A DNA stretch of 64,000 nt from Anthoceros angustus (taxonomy: Eukaryota; Plantae; Anthocerotophyta). The position numbers and the translations under genes were made by a program. Of this stretch, positions 59,801-64,000 are shown one piece after another. Numbering within the stretch: position 1 is the first letter of the stretch; each line of letters opens with the position of its first letter. Below the pieces are notes generated by a model. It was not told the DNA's origin, ran no database searches, and worked only from the letters and a program-made list of their open reading frames with translations. Where the stretch lies: the NCBI GenBank assembly GCA_010909165.1, contig MU008180.1:805884-869883 (forward strand), read 5' to 3'.

Positions 59801-62800
59801 ATCTCCTCCCAAACTTCCACAGGTGGTGAGGGGTTCGCTCAGGCGTATGGAGTCAGGAATCCTCGATCGTCCTCCTCCAGTCGCTTGGTCTTGAAGGGCG
59901 ACCCCCACCTCAGGCGCCCTTGCACGCTCTACCGGGGCCTCCGGCCCGGGCGCCCGTTCAAGCTCTCCCTGAAATGTCCCCATACATGAATCGGTATGGG
60001 GTGATGAGGCTTCTCGCTCCTTAGCTTCGTGCCTCTGGAGGCAGGCGAAGATAATCCTTCCCGATCCGCTCTCTTCCCAGCTGGGCGCATGCGAGAATAG
60101 CGAGGTTATCACCAGGTGATATTGTGGGCGTGGATTCTACTGGGTGGGAATCAGGCGGTAATTTGCTCAAGCGCATCTCTTGGGATTTCGTAGCTTGACT
60201 GTCATACCATGGCTCATCTGCAGCGGATCTCTCTTTCGTCACCAGGGCATGCTTGGCTCTCTCACTGGTCTCAGTGCTGGCCTCCAACAGGAGAGATTGC
60301 TCAAGGTTTGGAAGCTGCCTGGAAGCATGCGGCACCAGGCAAAGAAGCGGATTTTGCCCTGCTGTGACTCTGCACCCCGGTTGATACGCAAATGCCTTAG
60401 TGATCCGGTCGCGATTAAGAGGCCATTGACTTCCAGGCTCGCCGCCCGAGCAGGCCTTAGTAAATCGCCTTTGCTCTGGCGCAAGGCGCCTCCACTTGAT
60501 TGAAGAGCTCTTCAGACTGAGGTTCCCCCCTTAGCTGCGAGGTCCTGGTGAGCAGCGCTTGGGCCTAGCGAGTAAATCTTGTTTGTGTACAATTGGAGGT
60601 AACATAAGGCGGGAAACCCTTGCAGACACTAGGGCCGGAGAATCCAAGACAGGCGTTTCTCTGGCCAAGAGAAGGCCGAATGCTTTCATACCACTTGCCT
60701 CGGCCTTCACTTGCTCTTGGGTTCCAGAGCAACCCTCCTCCCACAGGTGGCCTCCACTTCACAGGTCTTCTCCGGTGGCTAAACCACCCAGAGACCCCAA
60801 AAGCATTCAAATCCATGACGTGGGCGGAGTGACTGCCGTGTTTTTCTTCCCACGGCCCGGCCATTTAGGGTGAGGCCCCCACGCCAGAATGGAGTGGATG
60901 GCATCTCCTGAATCCAGAGGACCTCCACTCTGGCCCGGGATTGTCACGGAGGAAAGATGGGTTCCTCAGACCTCTGCAGCCGCCAGGAAAAGCGTGTTGT
61001 GCTACAGGCGTCCGGAGTGGTCGAGGATGCTCATGTCCATCAGCCTCGGTTTAGCTCTTGGCCTCCTAACTCACTTTCGGCAGTATGTGGTTGTTACCGG
61101 GATGGGCCCGAAACTCGGTGTAGAAGTCGAGGGGCTGCATCGCTACAGCCGGGGGGCCATTTGGCAGGTCTTTGTTGATGAGACGGAGTGCGAATCCGGG
61201 TGTCGTTGTGAGTATGACCGCTCCCTCCCTTGAGCCGCACGTCTTCGCCCTCCTTGCCGGCGGCTCTTGACCTCTTACCACTCCAAGGTGGGTAGGTACC
61301 CAAGACCTCCGAGGCCACGAGCACTGCCTTCCGCCTTCGGCCCCGTCTGAGTTCGTCGGGGCCCCAGTGCGTCGTGGTTTCAGCTGTCTAGGTACGTGAG
61401 CCGCCAACGCCTCCCAGATCGCCTCCCGTGCTACCGCCTCGAGGGGGCACCAAAAGGAGGAAGGGGAATCTCCTCCCAAACTTCCCTGGTGAGGGGTTCG
61501 CCCAGACGATGGAGTCCAATCCTCCCGCCCTCCTCCCGAGTCCGGGGAAGACTCCCCCACCCGGCCCTTGCACGCCTCAGGCCTCCACTTCCCGAGCGCC
61601 TGCCTGCCTCCCTCCTTCAGAGCTCAAATGTCCCCATACATGAACCGATGGCGAGGGCTTCTCCTTAGCATGCGGTTTCCCGATCAACCTAAGATAATCC
61701 TTCCCTGCCGCCTTCTTCCTGAGCGCATGCGTGAATATAACAGTTATCACCAAGGTGATCCACCTTGGTGAGGTGTTCCAATGGATAATGATCCGCCACA
61801 CTTTACTCGACCGTCCAGCAGACGGATATATCAACCATCCGTTGTCCGCTGCCTGTGCCTCAAAGATCGCCACGCGTGGTCGGCCCTATCTTCCCTTCGC
61901 CTTAAGGGGCCTGCACCACGCCCCTTCTTCCTCCTTCTGCGGGTAGGCCATCCTCGGGACCTCCAAGGTCCATCGCCGGGTCCTCCCGAGGTTCTTGGAT
62001 CGACCTCCTTGTTGATCGCCAAGATCTTCCGCAAACTCCTGACTAGAGTGACGTTGTCCAGGCCAATACACGTGCCATTCCCCACCAATTCCCCCGCCTC
62101 CAGCCAGGCAAGTCCGGATAGCCGGTCACAATGTTGCGCCCACGAGGGTCCATGGCCCGACTCCGGCTTTTGGGTGCCATTGCTTTCTCCTCCTCTTGTT
62201 GTCAGCCGGGCCGAGTCCACGGCACGATGTTCCTCCTCACGCTCCAACCTCGACTGAGCCGCTTGTCGACTGGCGCCCAAAAGATAGCGCCAGAGAGCCG
62301 GATTATGAGCGCAAGGGACCGTGAGGATTGTCTGAGGTCGCAAATAAATGACCTCCTCCGGCCAGGAAGTAACCGCTGGGCAAGGCGCTCGTCCAGAATC
62401 GCTGTGGGTCTGCATGGCTTACTCGACCCCACGCTCTTACTCGCCTTACGCTGCGCCAGGCGTGAATACCGCTATAACGGCCTCGCAAGGTTACGGCCCC
62501 GCCCATCTGCATGCCCGACCTCCACTGTGGCCCACGTGGCGCCGCCTGCCCGTCTCACGCCCGCCTCCTAGGTTACTCGCGATTTATCCTGCTGACTGGA
62601 GTGGGTTCCGGACTTATCTCATTCCCGTAGTCCGAGCTTGCCATAGTGGTACCGGGGTCCGTTGTTCACTCTGAGTCCGGAGTATACTCCGAGCCTCGTC
62701 CAAGCGCCACCCCAATTTATTCCTCCTTTTCCGCCTTTATTTATCCTTCAATCCTAAAAACAAAACCCTACTTATTTCTTAACTCGTGAAGTGCATAGCC

Positions 62801-64000
62801 CACATACTCCTTCTCATCTGCTACGCCTCCGCCAACACTAATGACATTTCTTCACCCGCCACCCGCTCACCCGAGTGCAGCCTCCATCTAGCCGTGCGGA
62901 TGGACCCGTCATATACTTGCACCACTTGGTACGGACCCATCCATCTCGTGAAGTTTGCTCGAAAATGCATGTAACGACTATCATAAAGGAGGGCCAGTCC
63001 CTTCCTTTACATACTCCCGATTCCGCACGATCGTGCCAAATCTTTCACTGGTTTTGCACCAATCATCTTCACCGAGCTTCTTCCCCGTCCTCCGTAACAA
63101 ACCCCAAGAGTCGCCGAGCCGGCTTTCCTCCGCCGCCTCCCTTCCATCATTACTCAAAAGTGGGCACTTCAAACTCCACCGCATTACGGAGAGTGTCCGT
63201 AGGTCAAGAAGCAGGTCCGCACCTTCCTCTGTCGTCCTAACGCCCATGCGGATGGCGCTTGGTATCCTGGGCTCATGAGTTCATCGTGAGTTTATTCAGA
63301 TCCCGCAGATGAGCCCATTTGTCTTCTCCGTCACCCCATTGGCCTTGTAGGATTGTGGTGCTCATGATTGATGCAAATACTCCATGGCGCCACCATCATT
63401 AAGGAAATGGGTTCCCCTATCACTTACCAACATGGACATCCGCATCTGTTATGATGTTCTCATGACAGAATTTGGCCAGATTTTGGTGAGTCCGCTCTTG
63501 TCGCCACCGCCTACCCACCGGTGCAGAGTCCGCTGCCACCGTGATGTATCTCCTTTGTGTGTCTTGTCGAGGTCAGATAGGTCCAACAAAGTCAATACCC
63601 CACTTTTCGAAGGTGCCGCCAATATCCATTTAGCGGCCACCGTGTCGCTTGGCTTTCCGATCCGCCGACAAGCATCACACTTCTTCACAAACCGTGGGTG
63701 TCCCCATACATTGTTGGCCACCGATCCCGCCTAAAAATCTTTTGGTGGTGACCGCGTAGTGTCCTCCCCAATCCTTCGTGCATTCCTCGACGACCGCCTC
63801 CTCTCTCGCCGGCCAGGTACCTTCGCTCTACTCCGTCCCTAATTTGAACACACACCTGTGTACATTCTCAAGGGTCGAGCATAGTGCACGAATGCCTCCT
63901 CCGCCCACGAGTCGATTGGAAGCTCCATTCCCTGAGGTACCGCCTATTTCTTCAGAGGCCTGGACGGCGACCCTCCCTTCTCCGCTCGCTAAGGCCGCTC
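56867..64000 (-). mobile_element. Tat/Athila-like (non-chromovirus) Ty3/gypsy element, 3' part: integrase (~62900-64000), long 3' region with extra ORFs, putative PPT (~57165-57177) and putative 3' LTR (~56867-57161)
   Basis: FVKKCDACRRIGKP zinc finger and (P)FEKWGIDFVGPI integrase motifs on minus; cacttgggagcgggg purine tract; TG...CA bounded ~295-bp block. LTR limits are tentative. Confidence 0.7.
59290..61760. repeat. Two diverged direct copies (~59290-60120 and ~60880-61760) inside the gypsy 3' region
   Basis: Shared gggcaccaaaaggaggaag..aatctcctcccaaacttcc, aaatgtccccatacatgaa, aagataatccttccc; minus ORFs both contain GKDYLRL. Confidence 0.75.

Noticed and set aside
51500-62700. Many overlapping 60-260 aa ORFs in all frames
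   Set aside because: Products of GC-rich, repetitive, frameshifted TE sequence; not independent genes.
1-64000. rRNA, tRNA or prokaryotic-type defence systems
   Set aside because: None recognisable by eye; a tRNAscan or Infernal run would be needed to exclude small ncRNAs.

Overview
Eukaryotic nuclear DNA from a non-seed land plant. Compact genes with short introns, a flagellar CFAP43 gene and a PLS-type PPR gene with elongated L motifs suggest a hornwort, or less likely a fern or lycophyte (inference). Bases 1-44,200 are a gene-dense host region containing, in order: a partial CFAP43-like gene (-), a secreted knottin-like Cys-rich precursor (-), fructosamine-kinase-like FN3K-RP (-), NCA1 (+), a frameshifted 11S-globulin-like bicupin (-), SCPL51-like carboxypeptidase (+), an intronless CCC1 cation-chloride cotransporter (-), a multi-exon kinase with four cNMP-binding domains (PKG-like, +), a PLS-E PPR gene (+), a PPR relic and an F-box gene (+). 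Harbinger, CRE-like and LINE remnants are interspersed. Bases ~44,800-64,000 are a nest of degenerate repeats: a copy of the kinase 3' end, an unknown decayed ORF, a chromovirus 3' end, an L1-like relic, a 21-bp array and a Tat/Athila-like Ty3/gypsy element. Three 0.6-1.6 kb tandem duplications have copies that differ mainly by small indels and may be long-read assembly artefacts. Most interesting items: the 4xCNB PKG-like kinase, the knottin-like precursor and the intronless CCC1. All family assignments come from motif recall and manual translation, not database searches. Exon boundaries are manual and approximate.
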